Part shown: piece after piece, positions 35,547 to 46,356 of the stretch
Layout: each line of letters opens with the position of its first letter
Numbering within the stretch: the stretch's first letter is position 1
Virus record (IMG/VR): IMGVR_UViG_3300025086_000020
Strand: one strand, 5' to 3'
DNA length: 60,790 nucleotides
From: a virus
Notes under the pieces: model-generated
What the model saw: the letters and a program-made list of their open reading frames with translations, nothing else
What the model was told of the DNA's origin: nothing
The model's database searches: none
Program-made: the position numbers and the translations under genes

Positions 35547-38500
35547 TGAATGAAGATTTAGACTCATTATTAGTTGATTTTTATAGTAAGTATACTGAAG
35601 AGGAACTTACCCCAGAAAAGATAAACTCCATAAAGAATACTTATGGTGATGATATTGATGGTTTACTACAAGACTTATATCAAAAGTATGGAGATGGTCA
35701 GGTAGATGAAGATAAACTAAATATCATAAAAGAAACATATGGCTTAAAAAAAAAAGACCAAACAGAACCAGATTTGGTTGGGGAAAGTGGTACATCAGAT
35801 GTGGGACCTGGTGGTTTGGACTCTTCAGAGGTTAGCATACAACCTCCCCTAGAAACTCCAAATCTTTTAATAGATGGAGTTCCAATAGAAAAAAATGAAC
35901 TAATAGATATAATAAATACTGACGAAACATTTGTTTCTGGACTAGCAGATGGCTCAATAGATTATTGGTTTGGTGGTGAAAATCTAACAGAAGAAGCTCA
36001 AGAAGAATTAGGTAATATAGAAAAAATCGTTGGAGATGCAATAGAATCTTATAGGTCTCAACAAGAGGTAGAAGAACCTAGGATTAGTGAAGAAACTGTT
36101 GAAGAAAAAATAGAAAAGGAGGATAATAGGGTAAACCCAGAAAAAGCTGTTCCAAAAGAGTCTTTAGTTCCCATTAATGAAAGACCTAATATTAATATTA
36201 ATGAAACATCAACATATAATTTAGTAAACCCCATAGTAAATGAAGCAATGGACGAGATTGACTCATTGTGGAGTAATCACCCAACATTAAATATAGAGAG
36301 TACCTTCAGAGATGAAGAGCTTAATGATAGTGTTCGTGGACATAAGCATTCATACCATTTACATGGAATGGCAATAGACTTAACAGGTCAATCAGCAAGA
36401 GATTTTATGAACTGGATTGAGAACACAGAGGAAGGAAAAAACTGGGCAGAGAAATGGACAGAGGGTGCTGATGGTGGAGCAGGAGTGGTATTAGAATATG
36501 AGGGTGAACAAAAAGAACACGTTCATATACAATTTAAAAAGGGTCTATCTCCAACTGAGAAAGAGAAAGTAATTGAAGAGCAAGGCTTAGAATCAAAAGT
36601 TAATAATTATGCTTCAGCAACATATAGTCCAGTGACTGGATATATGCTTCAAGGAAGAGATGATGAACAATCTGTATTTCCAGGCGAGGTTGATGTAGAA
36701 AAGTTTGTAACAGGAAAAAGTAAAGAAACTGGAGCTAAAACATATGATACAAAAGCAATTCAGGAAGAGGCTGGTAGAATATGGGATGCCAAGTCTGACA
36801 AGGAAAAAGAAGAGTGGGAAAAGGGAGGTTATGATAGAAAAAAATATATTGAGACTAATGGTGGTGCTCTTAGGAGGGGCCCACAAATAACTGAAGGTGA
36901 AGGTGGTAAAATACCTGACCAAACAATTGGTCCAATTGTGAATTGGCTTAAGGAAGACGTTCCAGTAGGTTTAGGTTTAAAAGAAGCTGATAAAAAAGAA
37001 AGAGTAAGAAAACAATGGCTTAGTGCAGAAAATGATGGCTGGTCTCTTCACGTTGATGATAATTTTAATTCTGCTGATATTTCTAGTCTATATACTGATA
37101 AGGAATTATCTAACTTAAATGAATGGATTTACAATCAAAAACAAAGAGATAAGGGTTATATTGATCCAACATCTCCTCATCAGGTTAGTTGGAGCTTAAG
37201 TGGTTTGTCATCTTATTATAAACAATTCTGGGACCCAGATGGAAAGGGTGGCTGGAAGTGGAGTCAAAGCCCTGATAATCAGTATTATAAAGAATTATAT
37301 GAAAGACCTAGAAAAGTTATAGAAAACTATCTAAACAATGGGTGGGAGCATGTTGGTGGTAGTAAATACAAACATAAAGAGTCTGGTATTATTATAACGC
37401 CAGAAGATACTGAGGGTAGAAATCCTCTTATTGCTAATCATCAATCTTTACCTGAGCTTGTAAAAATAATAACCTCTAATCCTAATCATTTTGTAAATGA
37501 AAATGGAGAGTTTGATTCTGATAAATTATTAGATTACTATAATAAATCTAATCCAATTGTGGCTAAAAGACTTGAGGAGGAATTGGGTTTTGTTATTAGA
37601 AAAGAAGATGGTGTAGGGGATAGAATAAGGGGTGAGCACGCTGCTAAAGCAACAGTATTTTTAAAGAAAAATTTAGATGCCATTCTTAGGAAACAGCAAG
37701 ATGTAGCTGATAAATCTGGAGCCAATAATGAGTTTAAAAAACTTGGTAGGACTATGGGGTTGGCAGAAAAGTGGATGGAGAAACAAATAGACCTGTTGGA
37801 AGAGTTTCCTATAAATGCAAATGGAACTCTTAATACTAGAAATTTAAGTAGAGAGGATATATTAAGATATAATAATCTTTTAGAAAAGTTTCAATATTTT
37901 CATGGTGGGAGGTATCAAGAGTTGTTAAAAGAACAGGAGGAAATGTTCTCGAAAGACACAAGCCTTGGACTTTTTGAATCAACTTTTCAGCTTTATGATA
38001 ATGTTTTAAAATATGGAAAATCAGGCATAAAGGAAGATTATCCACAATATTCTGATTATCAAGATAGAATTTCTAAAAGAATATTAACAGCTAGTGAACA
38101 ATATGAGAAAACTAGTTGGTTTGGTGCTTCATTAAGAAATATAGCCACCTCAACTGTTGCTTTACAAAAACAAGTACCACAAATGATTGCTGCCCTTCCT
38201 CAGCAGTTTTATGGAATGATTAGTGACGAGAACACGTTTGACTGGACAGATGCTGTTGCATCTTTTGTTAGTGATGGAATGGAGGAACGTTATATGGAAG
38301 CGACTGCTGATATGGAGGAGCTTGGAGTGCCATTAACTTCTTTTTTCTTTGCACCAAAAAGGCATGAGAACTCAGAATATTTAGGTAACGTTTACTACAC
38401 TGATGTGGATGATAATACAATTATCTTTGATAAAGATGGTGAAATAAAACATATGTTAACAAAAGATAATATACCTATAGAGGATGGTTCTGATATGTTT

Positions 38501-41500
38501 GAAAGCACAATGAAGGAATATCAAGAGAATAAAGAAAAATACCCAACAGAAACTAAAAAAGAGTGGGGTAGTTTTACACAGAACTTTCTTCAAGCAGGAA
38601 TGGGTTTTGCTCTAGACATGGCAGCAGCATACTTAACAAGAGGAAAAGTTAAGAAAATGGGTTATGGTATGAAAAGTCAAAAAGCTGCTTTTTATGCTGG
38701 TATGACAGGAATGCAAAATAGAATGTATTATAACTTTTATGAAGAAGCTTTAAATGCAGGATTAAACCCAGCTGACGCAACTGACTTTTCTAATGCTGCG
38801 ACTTTTACTACAGCTATGATAGAAATTGCAACTCCTGATTTTGGTATGCTGAATGCAGGCACTAAAAGAATGCTTGTAGGAGAAACTGTAGATGCTATTT
38901 TAGGTAAGACAAAAAAATCTGCAGTAAATAAAGTTTTGGCTAGAAACATTATTAGTAACACAGTTTTTTATGGTGGATTTGAGGGTCTAGAAGAGGTGTC
39001 ACAAGGTGTTGCTGTTGATGGCATCAAGAACAATTGGTATGGTGAGTATAATTTTGATGCTAACTTTGAAATAAACAGGTCTATTGAAGAGTTTATGATA
39101 GGTGGTATTTTAGGAGGTAGCACCACACTTGTTACAAATGTAAAAGCAGGTAGAAAAAATATAATGAGTGGTTTATACAAAGATGGTGTAATGAACGCTT
39201 ATACTAAGAAAAAAGAAGTTTTTAAAGGTATAGATAATATGGTTGGTGAAACCATTATAGTAGCGAAGAAACCAAAGGTTTTTACAAAAACTGATGCCAA
39301 GAAGTTAAAAGAAAAACTAGCAGGTCAATTTAAAACCTTAGACAATATGACTGAGGGTAAAAATATTTCAGATATTGGCAAAAGAGAGATCCTTGGTTTA
39401 TTAGATATAAAAAATTCTGCAAGCAGTCTACAGGGTATACCAGAAATTAAAGAAGAAATGTCTTTAAGGATAAAAGAAGCTGACAAGGCTATGGAAAGTA
39501 TTTTAGCTGGTAAAGATGTTGTTTCAACAATGAATACTTTTTATGATAATATGGATACTGGGATTAGTAAATATCTAGGTCCATTTACAAATATAAGTGG
39601 TCAAGATATGGATGTAAGTGTCAGAGCATTAATAAGAAAAATAAACAAAGGAGATGTTATATCTGAATCTGAGAAATCACAAATCTTACAAGCTTTATCT
39701 GAAGATATTAAAAACTTAGATTCTAAATCTATTTTAACAAGTAAAGAAAAAACTATTTTAAACCTATATAAGAAAATAGAGAAAGATATTAATAATTTAA
39801 AAACTGTAAAAGATGCAAAAACAACAACTAAGACCAGAGGTAGAGGCAAGACTGGACGAACTACCAGAGGAACTGAGGGTACGAGTATTAGAGAAGATAT
39901 TGAACAAGCTCCAACAGAAGGAGACAAAACAACCCTCAACCAAAACATTGGAAAAAAAGTCTCCTACAAAGGAAGAGAAGGAGTCTTAGCTAAAAATAAA
40001 AAAGGAGAATTTGTTTTAAAACCTATTGGGAAAGGTAGAAGTATTAAGATTAAGGATGCTACTGGAAGAAAAAGACTATCTACTCTAGGTTTAAAATATC
40101 AAGGTAAAGATATAAGTGTAACTCCAGAGGGAGATTTAATAGTTGAAGGAGATAATACTGGTGAAATACTTGGGATGTCTAAAAATGACACAGGAGGATT
40201 AGAGGGTGTTATTACTTTAGATAATAAGTTTTCTAATGAGGTGAAAGACAAGGCTAGAAAAGAATTTAAGAAGCTTCAAAATAAGAGAAATAAAGGTGAT
40301 ATTTCTCAAAACGAGTTTATAGATGGTGTAAGAAATATTGAAGGACTTAATTTAGAAACCTCAAGTGATGTTCGTTTTAAAGCAGCAGCTGATAAGATGA
40401 TGAATGATATTTTAAATTCTGGTAACGCATCTGTTATAAGCATGTTAGATGTTGAGCAGATGATAAAAGAAGCTGAACAAGAATTAGGTTATGAGACTCA
40501 GGAAAAGGAAAAACAACAGAAAGAGCAGGATGATATAAATAAAAAAAGAAAAAAGAAACAAAAAACTAAAAAACAAAAATCAGAAGTTAAACCATTGTTC
40601 GATAGCACTACTGATAATATAGACGACTTAATAGAAGAGTATTCTAAATATGAAGGATCTGAATATAGAAAAATTGTTGAAAACTTAAAAATAGCTAAAA
40701 AACTATTTAATAAATTAGGGTTTACTACAATTATACACGCTGACACAGGGTCAATGAACAATTGGTACTCAAGTCGACCTCACTTAGAGAACCCTGGTAT
40801 TGGAAGAGGATTAAATTATGAAACAGGTGTTGATGGAGTAACACCAGAAATTCACATTAACCTAGAGCTAGCAAATCCTAACACCTCATTTCATGAAGTA
40901 GCTCACCCATTTGTTACATCTATATTTAAACTAACTAAGAGTGGTAATAAAAACGCTAAAAAACTAGTTGAAAGTTTAGAAAAAATTCTACCTAAAAAGT
41001 ATTTAGATTTTGGTGCGAATTACGCTTTATTCAATAATGAAGGTGAAATTGTAAATAAAAATGAGGCAGATGGACCACTAGCAGAAGCATTAACTGAGTT
41101 TTTAGCTGATGCTGGTCTTAAAAAGTTTAACGCTGACCAAGGAACTCTTAATAAGGCTAAGAATTTTGCTAAGTCTATATTTAAAAGTTTAGGTATAGGA
41201 CCTAAAAATTGGACTGCTGACCAAGACCCAATAACCATAGGTTTAAAAGAATTATCAGACCTAACAACTGTTGAAGATGTGGTTAGAGTGTTTACTAGAG
41301 CTACATCAAGTGGAGCTAACTTAAATGAGCTAAAAAAAGGTAGACATACAGTAAAACCTAAATTCCAGTATAATATAAATGAACAGATTGATGCTCACCA
41401 TGCTGGGGACCCCAATAACTTAACAGAGGAAACAGGCTCCACATTTAATGATTTATTTGGAGACGTAAGTGGTAAACCATATACTAGTGTTTCTATATTT

Positions 41501-44500
41501 ACAGATAGAACAAAAAAAATAAAAGGTAAAAAAATTACAAAGAAAGATATAGAAGATTTTATAAAGAAAAATAAATTTATATTAGACCAACATGATTCCT
41601 TAGCAGTAGGAACTTGGTTTAACTCAAAAGATGGATTTACTTATATAGATATTTCTTCAGTCATACCTAAATCTAAACAAAAAGAAGCAGAGGCTTTGGG
41701 TAAAAAACATAATCAAATATCTATTTTTAATTTAGAGAATTTTGAATACATTGACACAGATGGTGATGGAAAAAACATAAAACATACACCAGATAATTTA
41801 CAAGAAAGAATAAAAACAATCCAAGATATAGTGGGGGATTTAAGAGTTACACCACCCTCAACACCTAAGTTTCAAGTAATAGCACCTAAAGGAACTAAAA
41901 GTTTTAACAATTGGTTTGGAGAATCTAAAACAGTTAATAATGAGGGGGAACCTGTTCCATTCTATCATGGAACTTCTAGTAAAATGTTCACCCAATTTGA
42001 TGCAGGTGTGTCAGGTTCTATATTTTTTAGCCCAGACCCTGAGTTTGCTAATGTTTTTGCTGCAGCAGATTCCAATACTGGTTGGATACCAAATTTTGAG
42101 ACATATTTACCAGGTTCTAGAGTTTTGCCTGTTTATATAAAAGCTGAAAATACTTGGGACTATGAAAACCCTGAACACAGAGAGATGGTTATTGATGAGC
42201 TTCAAAAGAGATACTTAACAACAGGTAGAGATAGATTATTATTTAACCTAGAAAGAGGTACTTGGAATTATATAGAGGGTATTAGTAATGTAATTAAAAG
42301 ATTGGGTTTTGACTCTTATCACATTTTTGAGCAAGCAGATGTAGACCCTAATGCTTTACCAAGTCAAAATATTGAAACTATAAAGAATATTGTAAAAGGA
42401 AAAGACAGTATAAAACAAATAGGTGTTAAAAATATAGCAGTATTTAATTCAAATCAAGTTCGTTCCATTAATAGGAAAGATTACACAGATATAGAATCTC
42501 CTAAATTCCAAAAAGTTGAACACAAAACAACAAGTTCCTCTATAAACTTTACAAGCATGGAAACTGGAACACCTCAACAATGGATGGCTGAATTAAAGAG
42601 AGTTGGTGGTACTAATATAGATAATGAACTTAGGTTTATAGGAATGAAAGACTTCTTAGATGCTGTTGAAACAGCTTACGTTGACTTTATGATACCTAAA
42701 GTTGCTATTCAGGATTATATAGAAATCAACAATACATCTATTGAAATGGATGGGTTTACTATGAGAATCAGTAATCCTTTATTTGAACTTGCTAAAGTAA
42801 ATGTTGAAAATAGGTATGATGATAATGGTGAGATGGCACTTTTTGTAAGTGATATAATAGCTCCTGATTTAGAGATGATGTCTAATATAATGCCAGTTGT
42901 AAGAAGCCTTGTTAGATTTGCTTCTGATAATAATTATGATAGTGTTGCGTTTGCAGATGGTAGTGCTTTTGATGGACCAAAAGCAGAGTTTTTTGGTTCT
43001 GCTGTTCCTCAAGCTATATCTGATGTTCTTTCAAGTATAGATTCAAATGCTGGACCAGTATTAACAGGTATTGGGGGTAAAGCCCAAGCATCTTTTGATG
43101 TAACAAATAAAATAACAGCTCTATCTGAAGACACTAGTAATCCATCTAATAGTGTTGAAAACACCAACGACTTTCAAGAGGGTGCAAAGACTCTATACTC
43201 AACAAAACCAAAAATGCAAAAGATTAACAATGGTCTTAGATTATGGGAGCACATAAGAGACTTTTCTCTTAAGAGAGAGTTATTACCTGAAGGTAATATA
43301 CCTAAAGATGTTTTTAATAAAGAATATAAGTATAAGGGTAGGATTCAAGCTGAGAAATTCAAACTAATGAAGCTTGTTGAAAAACTAAGAACTGTTATTT
43401 TAGAAAATCAGAAGAGTGATAATCCACTTTCGTTAAAACAAATTAATGATGCTCTATCAGACCCTACAATTAAAATACAAGAATTACAATCTGAACTAGA
43501 GGGTTATGAGAGTGATTTAGATTTACTAGAAACACAAGGAAAAAGTTATGCAGCAAAAACTGTATTAAAAAGAATAAGAGAAACAGAGGCTGAAATTAAA
43601 GAACTTAAAAAGAGTGCGTCTAACAGGTCTACTTTAAAAGACTTAGATTCAGCCCCAGAAATACAAAAATTAGTAAAACAAGTTAGAAGAAAAATAGACT
43701 CTTTAAGTAGGAAACTTAAAAGTGTTGTTAATGAGAAGCTTGGAATAACTATTGATAAGAATTTAGGTTTATATATCAATAGACAATACAGGATACATCA
43801 TGATAAAAAATATGTTGACAATATGATTAAAATAATTGACAACATGATTAATGCTGATAACAACCCAGATAAATTAGCAAAGACTATAAAAAGATTTAAG
43901 AAGGAGTATGATATTATACAAAATGCTGCCAACCTTGTTAGGGAGAGATTAGAGAAATATCGCAAAAACAATGGTCTTAATCCACCAACTGAGCATGATG
44001 TCCTACAAGAGATTAAGAGAATGTTTGATAGAGATGGAACACCATCAGAGTTTGGTAAAACAATATTTAGAGCTGACGAGGTAAATAATAAAATATTTAA
44101 AATAAGAAAAGACATTCCTAGTGAAATAGCAGCTTTATTTGATGAGGTTCAAAACCCATTATTTAACATGGTAAACTCTATAACTAAGATGGTTGATTCA
44201 TTTGAGACTATGCAGTTTCAATCAGATGTTGTTTCTAACCTAGAAGGCACAATGATCTTTAGAGAAGACAACAGACCAACTGGTAAAGATTATAAAAAAT
44301 ATGGTTATGAATTTACACTACCATTTTCTAATATAAAATACTACACGTCTGAAGAGGTAATAGAATTTATATATGGGGAGCTACCAGGATATAGTAATCT
44401 TAAATGGGCTCAGTTTTTTAATGGTGCTATTAAACTTTCTAAAACAGTTTGGTCTATTAAAACCCATGTTAGAAACCTTATGGGTAATATGTACTTTGCA

Positions 44501-46354
44501 AGTATAAATGGTCATTTCTCTCCTAAATCTTTCTTAGAGAGTATAAAGATTATGCAAAACCTATATGGTAAATCCACAACCAAAGATAGAGAGATGATGT
44601 TTATATCTATGATAGAGAATGGTATAGTAGACTCTGTTCACGCAGATGAATTGAAATCTATACTTAAAGATGGTGGTTTAGGAGTATTTATGGGAGACCT
44701 GTTTGAAGCAAACATGGATATTGATAAAGTTAAAAAGAAATATATCAGCATAAGGGATAGTTTTAAAGACCCCAAAAAAGTTCCTGCTTATGTAAAGCAG
44801 GGCTTCAAACTATTAAACTCATTTGTAAATAAAACTTATTTATGGGAGGATGTTGTATGGAAAGGTGCTGCATACATTAGTGAAGTACAACTTTACCAAG
44901 ATGCTGGTTACAGTAGAGATGAGGCTGTGAACATGGCTGCTGAAAATATAAGGGGTGGTTACACAACATATTCTCTCGTCCCAAAATTAGGTAAAAGATT
45001 AAGAAGAGCTATATTATTAAGTGACTTCGTATCTTTTCCAGCTGAAATATTTAGAACAGGTGTAGGTTCTTTAATGATTGCTAAAAAACATATTACTTCA
45101 GGGAATCCAGTGCTCGTTAAGAATGGTTTAAAAAGGTTAGCTGGAACAGCTGCTGCCTGGTATGCTTTACCACATGCTTATACAGGAATAGTTTCTGTTT
45201 GGGCTACTCTTTTCTCTATGATTAAAGATTTAGTTGATGATGAAGAAGAGTATGAAAAACCACCAATAATGTCCTATGAATTAATGAATGGTGAAGAGTT
45301 AAAAATTAACGAAGAGTTTACCCTATATGAGAACTACTCAGATTATTATGATAAGTCTATTAGGGGTGCTGACTTTGAAGACTTAAATACACCAGACGTA
45401 AGTAGAGATAAAATGATTCAATTATTTGTACCTCACTATATGAAATATGGAGATGTAAAGTTAACCTCTTGGGATGTTGATGACAATGGTGAATTTAATG
45501 GAACATATTATATATGGAACTCATCAGATAACTTATCACAAAATGTTTTAACTAACATTTGGAGTGCACTATGGAACACACCTGAAAATGATCCAACCTG
45601 GGCAAGAGATTTTATGCCACAGTTTAAGGGATCATTAGATGATGTTTTTGATGCTACTGTTAGTCCTTTTGTTAACTTTAGTATGAGTCTTGAAATGGGG
45701 ATGGAGATAATTGGGGACGTTAAGGATATGGATTATAATAAGGATAGTTGGAGTGATATTGCTGTAAAAGCCACAAAAAATGTATGGGAAACTGCATCAC
45801 CTAGTGTCATTAAAGAAATATATTCTATATCAGAAAGTTATAATCCAGATTTCTTTTTAGATGAAGATGAATTACATAAGAAAAAATCTCCAATTCACGA
45901 GACCTTGGCATTGACTGGTTTTAGGTTCTCAAGATTTAATATTGCAGAAAACTTAAACTTCAAAGTTAGAGAGATGTCTAACCATTTAAGAAAATTAGAC
46001 CCAGAAGAAAAAAGTCCTAAAAAGATAGAAAAAGAAGTTAAAAAAACTCTTGTATATATGGATAAGTTATATCATTACTCTGATGCACTTGGTATAGAAC
46101 AAGATGGTGTTGAACTGCTTGATGACAATGGGGAAAGGATAACAAGAAAAGACCTTCCAAATAAGACTAGTATAATAAGACAATACATTAAAGGATTTGG
46201 AGAGGGGAATAAAATTTATGATTTTATAGATAGAGACAGAAAGAAATTCCCAACATATGATTCTTGGATTGAGGTGTTTGGTGATGAATTAGAATGGTCT
46301 GAGTTCCTTAATGATTGGCAAAAAGAAGAATTAGAAAAACAATTAAGTGAATAA
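35546..46354 (+). CDS. Giant polyvalent virion protein (3602 aa): M15/LAS peptidase signature, HExxH motif, ART-PolyVal-like block
   Basis: SYHLHGMAID (SxHxxGxAxD, aa 269-278) plus HVH (aa 325-327). HEVAH at aa 1783-1787. PFYHGTSSKMFTQFD...IAVFNSNQVRS at about aa 2138-2310. A duplicated 27-aa N-terminal unit at 35567-35743. Several hydrophobic helices. Confidence 0.65.
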   Translation: MNEDLDSLLVDFYSKYTEEELTPEKINSIKNTYGDDIDGLLQDLYQKYGDGQVDEDKLNIIKETYGLKKKDQTEPDLVGESGTSDVGPGGLDSSEVSIQPPLETPNLLIDGVPIEKNELIDIINTDETFVSGLADGSIDYWFGGENLTEEAQEELGNIEKIVGDAIESYRSQQEVEEPRISEETVEEKIEKEDNRVNPEKAVPKESLVPINERPNININETSTYNLVNPIVNEAMDEIDSLWSNHPTLNIESTFRDEELNDSVRGHKHSYHLHGMAIDLTGQSARDFMNWIENTEEGKNWAEKWTEGADGGAGVVLEYEGEQKEHVHIQFKKGLSPTEKEKVIEEQGLESKVNNYASATYSPVTGYMLQGRDDEQSVFPGEVDVEKFVTGKSKETGAKTYDTKAIQEEAGRIWDAKSDKEKEEWEKGGYDRKKYIETNGGALRRGPQITEGEGGKIPDQTIGPIVNWLKEDVPVGLGLKEADKKERVRKQWLSAENDGWSLHVDDNFNSADISSLYTDKELSNLNEWIYNQKQRDKGYIDPTSPHQVSWSLSGLSSYYKQFWDPDGKGGWKWSQSPDNQYYKELYERPRKVIENYLNNGWEHVGGSKYKHKESGIIITPEDTEGRNPLIANHQSLPELVKIITSNPNHFVNENGEFDSDKLLDYYNKSNPIVAKRLEEELGFVIRKEDGVGDRIRGEHAAKATVFLKKNLDAILRKQQDVADKSGANNEFKKLGRTMGLAEKWMEKQIDLLEEFPINANGTLNTRNLSREDILRYNNLLEKFQYFHGGRYQELLKEQEEMFSKDTSLGLFESTFQLYDNVLKYGKSGIKEDYPQYSDYQDRISKRILTASEQYEKTSWFGASLRNIATSTVALQKQVPQMIAALPQQFYGMISDENTFDWTDAVASFVSDGMEERYMEATADMEELGVPLTSFFFAPKRHENSEYLGNVYYTDVDDNTIIFDKDGEIKHMLTKDNIPIEDGSDMFESTMKEYQENKEKYPTETKKEWGSFTQNFLQAGMGFALDMAAAYLTRGKVKKMGYGMKSQKAAFYAGMTGMQNRMYYNFYEEALNAGLNPADATDFSNAATFTTAMIEIATPDFGMLNAGTKRMLVGETVDAILGKTKKSAVNKVLARNIISNTVFYGGFEGLEEVSQGVAVDGIKNNWYGEYNFDANFEINRSIEEFMIGGILGGSTTLVTNVKAGRKNIMSGLYKDGVMNAYTKKKEVFKGIDNMVGETIIVAKKPKVFTKTDAKKLKEKLAGQFKTLDNMTEGKNISDIGKREILGLLDIKNSASSLQGIPEIKEEMSLRIKEADKAMESILAGKDVVSTMNTFYDNMDTGISKYLGPFTNISGQDMDVSVRALIRKINKGDVISESEKSQILQALSEDIKNLDSKSILTSKEKTILNLYKKIEKDINNLKTVKDAKTTTKTRGRGKTGRTTRGTEGTSIREDIEQAPTEGDKTTLNQNIGKKVSYKGREGVLAKNKKGEFVLKPIGKGRSIKIKDATGRKRLSTLGLKYQGKDISVTPEGDLIVEGDNTGEILGMSKNDTGGLEGVITLDNKFSNEVKDKARKEFKKLQNKRNKGDISQNEFIDGVRNIEGLNLETSSDVRFKAAADKMMNDILNSGNASVISMLDVEQMIKEAEQELGYETQEKEKQQKEQDDINKKRKKKQKTKKQKSEVKPLFDSTTDNIDDLIEEYSKYEGSEYRKIVENLKIAKKLFNKLGFTTIIHADTGSMNNWYSSRPHLENPGIGRGLNYETGVDGVTPEIHINLELANPNTSFHEVAHPFVTSIFKLTKSGNKNAKKLVESLEKILPKKYLDFGANYALFNNEGEIVNKNEADGPLAEALTEFLADAGLKKFNADQGTLNKAKNFAKSIFKSLGIGPKNWTADQDPITIGLKELSDLTTVEDVVRVFTRATSSGANLNELKKGRHTVKPKFQYNINEQIDAHHAGDPNNLTEETGSTFNDLFGDVSGKPYTSVSIFTDRTKKIKGKKITKKDIEDFIKKNKFILDQHDSLAVGTWFNSKDGFTYIDISSVIPKSKQKEAEALGKKHNQISIFNLENFEYIDTDGDGKNIKHTPDNLQERIKTIQDIVGDLRVTPPSTPKFQVIAPKGTKSFNNWFGESKTVNNEGEPVPFYHGTSSKMFTQFDAGVSGSIFFSPDPEFANVFAAADSNTGWIPNFETYLPGSRVLPVYIKAENTWDYENPEHREMVIDELQKRYLTTGRDRLLFNLERGTWNYIEGISNVIKRLGFDSYHIFEQADVDPNALPSQNIETIKNIVKGKDSIKQIGVKNIAVFNSNQVRSINRKDYTDIESPKFQKVEHKTTSSSINFTSMETGTPQQWMAELKRVGGTNIDNELRFIGMKDFLDAVETAYVDFMIPKVAIQDYIEINNTSIEMDGFTMRISNPLFELAKVNVENRYDDNGEMALFVSDIIAPDLEMMSNIMPVVRSLVRFASDNNYDSVAFADGSAFDGPKAEFFGSAVPQAISDVLSSIDSNAGPVLTGIGGKAQASFDVTNKITALSEDTSNPSNSVENTNDFQEGAKTLYSTKPKMQKINNGLRLWEHIRDFSLKRELLPEGNIPKDVFNKEYKYKGRIQAEKFKLMKLVEKLRTVILENQKSDNPLSLKQINDALSDPTIKIQELQSELEGYESDLDLLETQGKSYAAKTVLKRIRETEAEIKELKKSASNRSTLKDLDSAPEIQKLVKQVRRKIDSLSRKLKSVVNEKLGITIDKNLGLYINRQYRIHHDKKYVDNMIKIIDNMINADNNPDKLAKTIKRFKKEYDIIQNAANLVRERLEKYRKNNGLNPPTEHDVLQEIKRMFDRDGTPSEFGKTIFRADEVNNKIFKIRKDIPSEIAALFDEVQNPLFNMVNSITKMVDSFETMQFQSDVVSNLEGTMIFREDNRPTGKDYKKYGYEFTLPFSNIKYYTSEEVIEFIYGELPGYSNLKWAQFFNGAIKLSKTVWSIKTHVRNLMGNMYFASINGHFSPKSFLESIKIMQNLYGKSTTKDREMMFISMIENGIVDSVHADELKSILKDGGLGVFMGDLFEANMDIDKVKKKYISIRDSFKDPKKVPAYVKQGFKLLNSFVNKTYLWEDVVWKGAAYISEVQLYQDAGYSRDEAVNMAAENIRGGYTTYSLVPKLGKRLRRAILLSDFVSFPAEIFRTGVGSLMIAKKHITSGNPVLVKNGLKRLAGTAAAWYALPHAYTGIVSVWATLFSMIKDLVDDEEEYEKPPIMSYELMNGEELKINEEFTLYENYSDYYDKSIRGADFEDLNTPDVSRDKMIQLFVPHYMKYGDVKLTSWDVDDNGEFNGTYYIWNSSDNLSQNVLTNIWSALWNTPENDPTWARDFMPQFKGSLDDVFDATVSPFVNFSMSLEMGMEIIGDVKDMDYNKDSWSDIAVKATKNVWETASPSVIKEIYSISESYNPDFFLDEDELHKKKSPIHETLALTGFRFSRFNIAENLNFKVREMSNHLRKLDPEEKSPKKIEKEVKKTLVYMDKLYHYSDALGIEQDGVELLDDNGERITRKDLPNKTSIIRQYIKGFGEGNKIYDFIDRDRKKFPTYDSWIEVFGDELEWSEFLNDWQKEELEKQLSE

Positions 46355-46356
46355 AT

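Noticed and set aside
35546-46354. Giant ORF interpreted as an N4-like virion RNA polymerase (similar size, about 3500 aa)
   Set aside because: I could not find T7-like RNAP motif sets (for example RxxxKxxxxxxYG with flanking catalytic Asp motifs). The ORF instead carries peptidase and ART-like motifs, and the genome lacks the other N4-type hallmarks such as a DNA polymerase and RNAP II. This should still be checked by a profile search.
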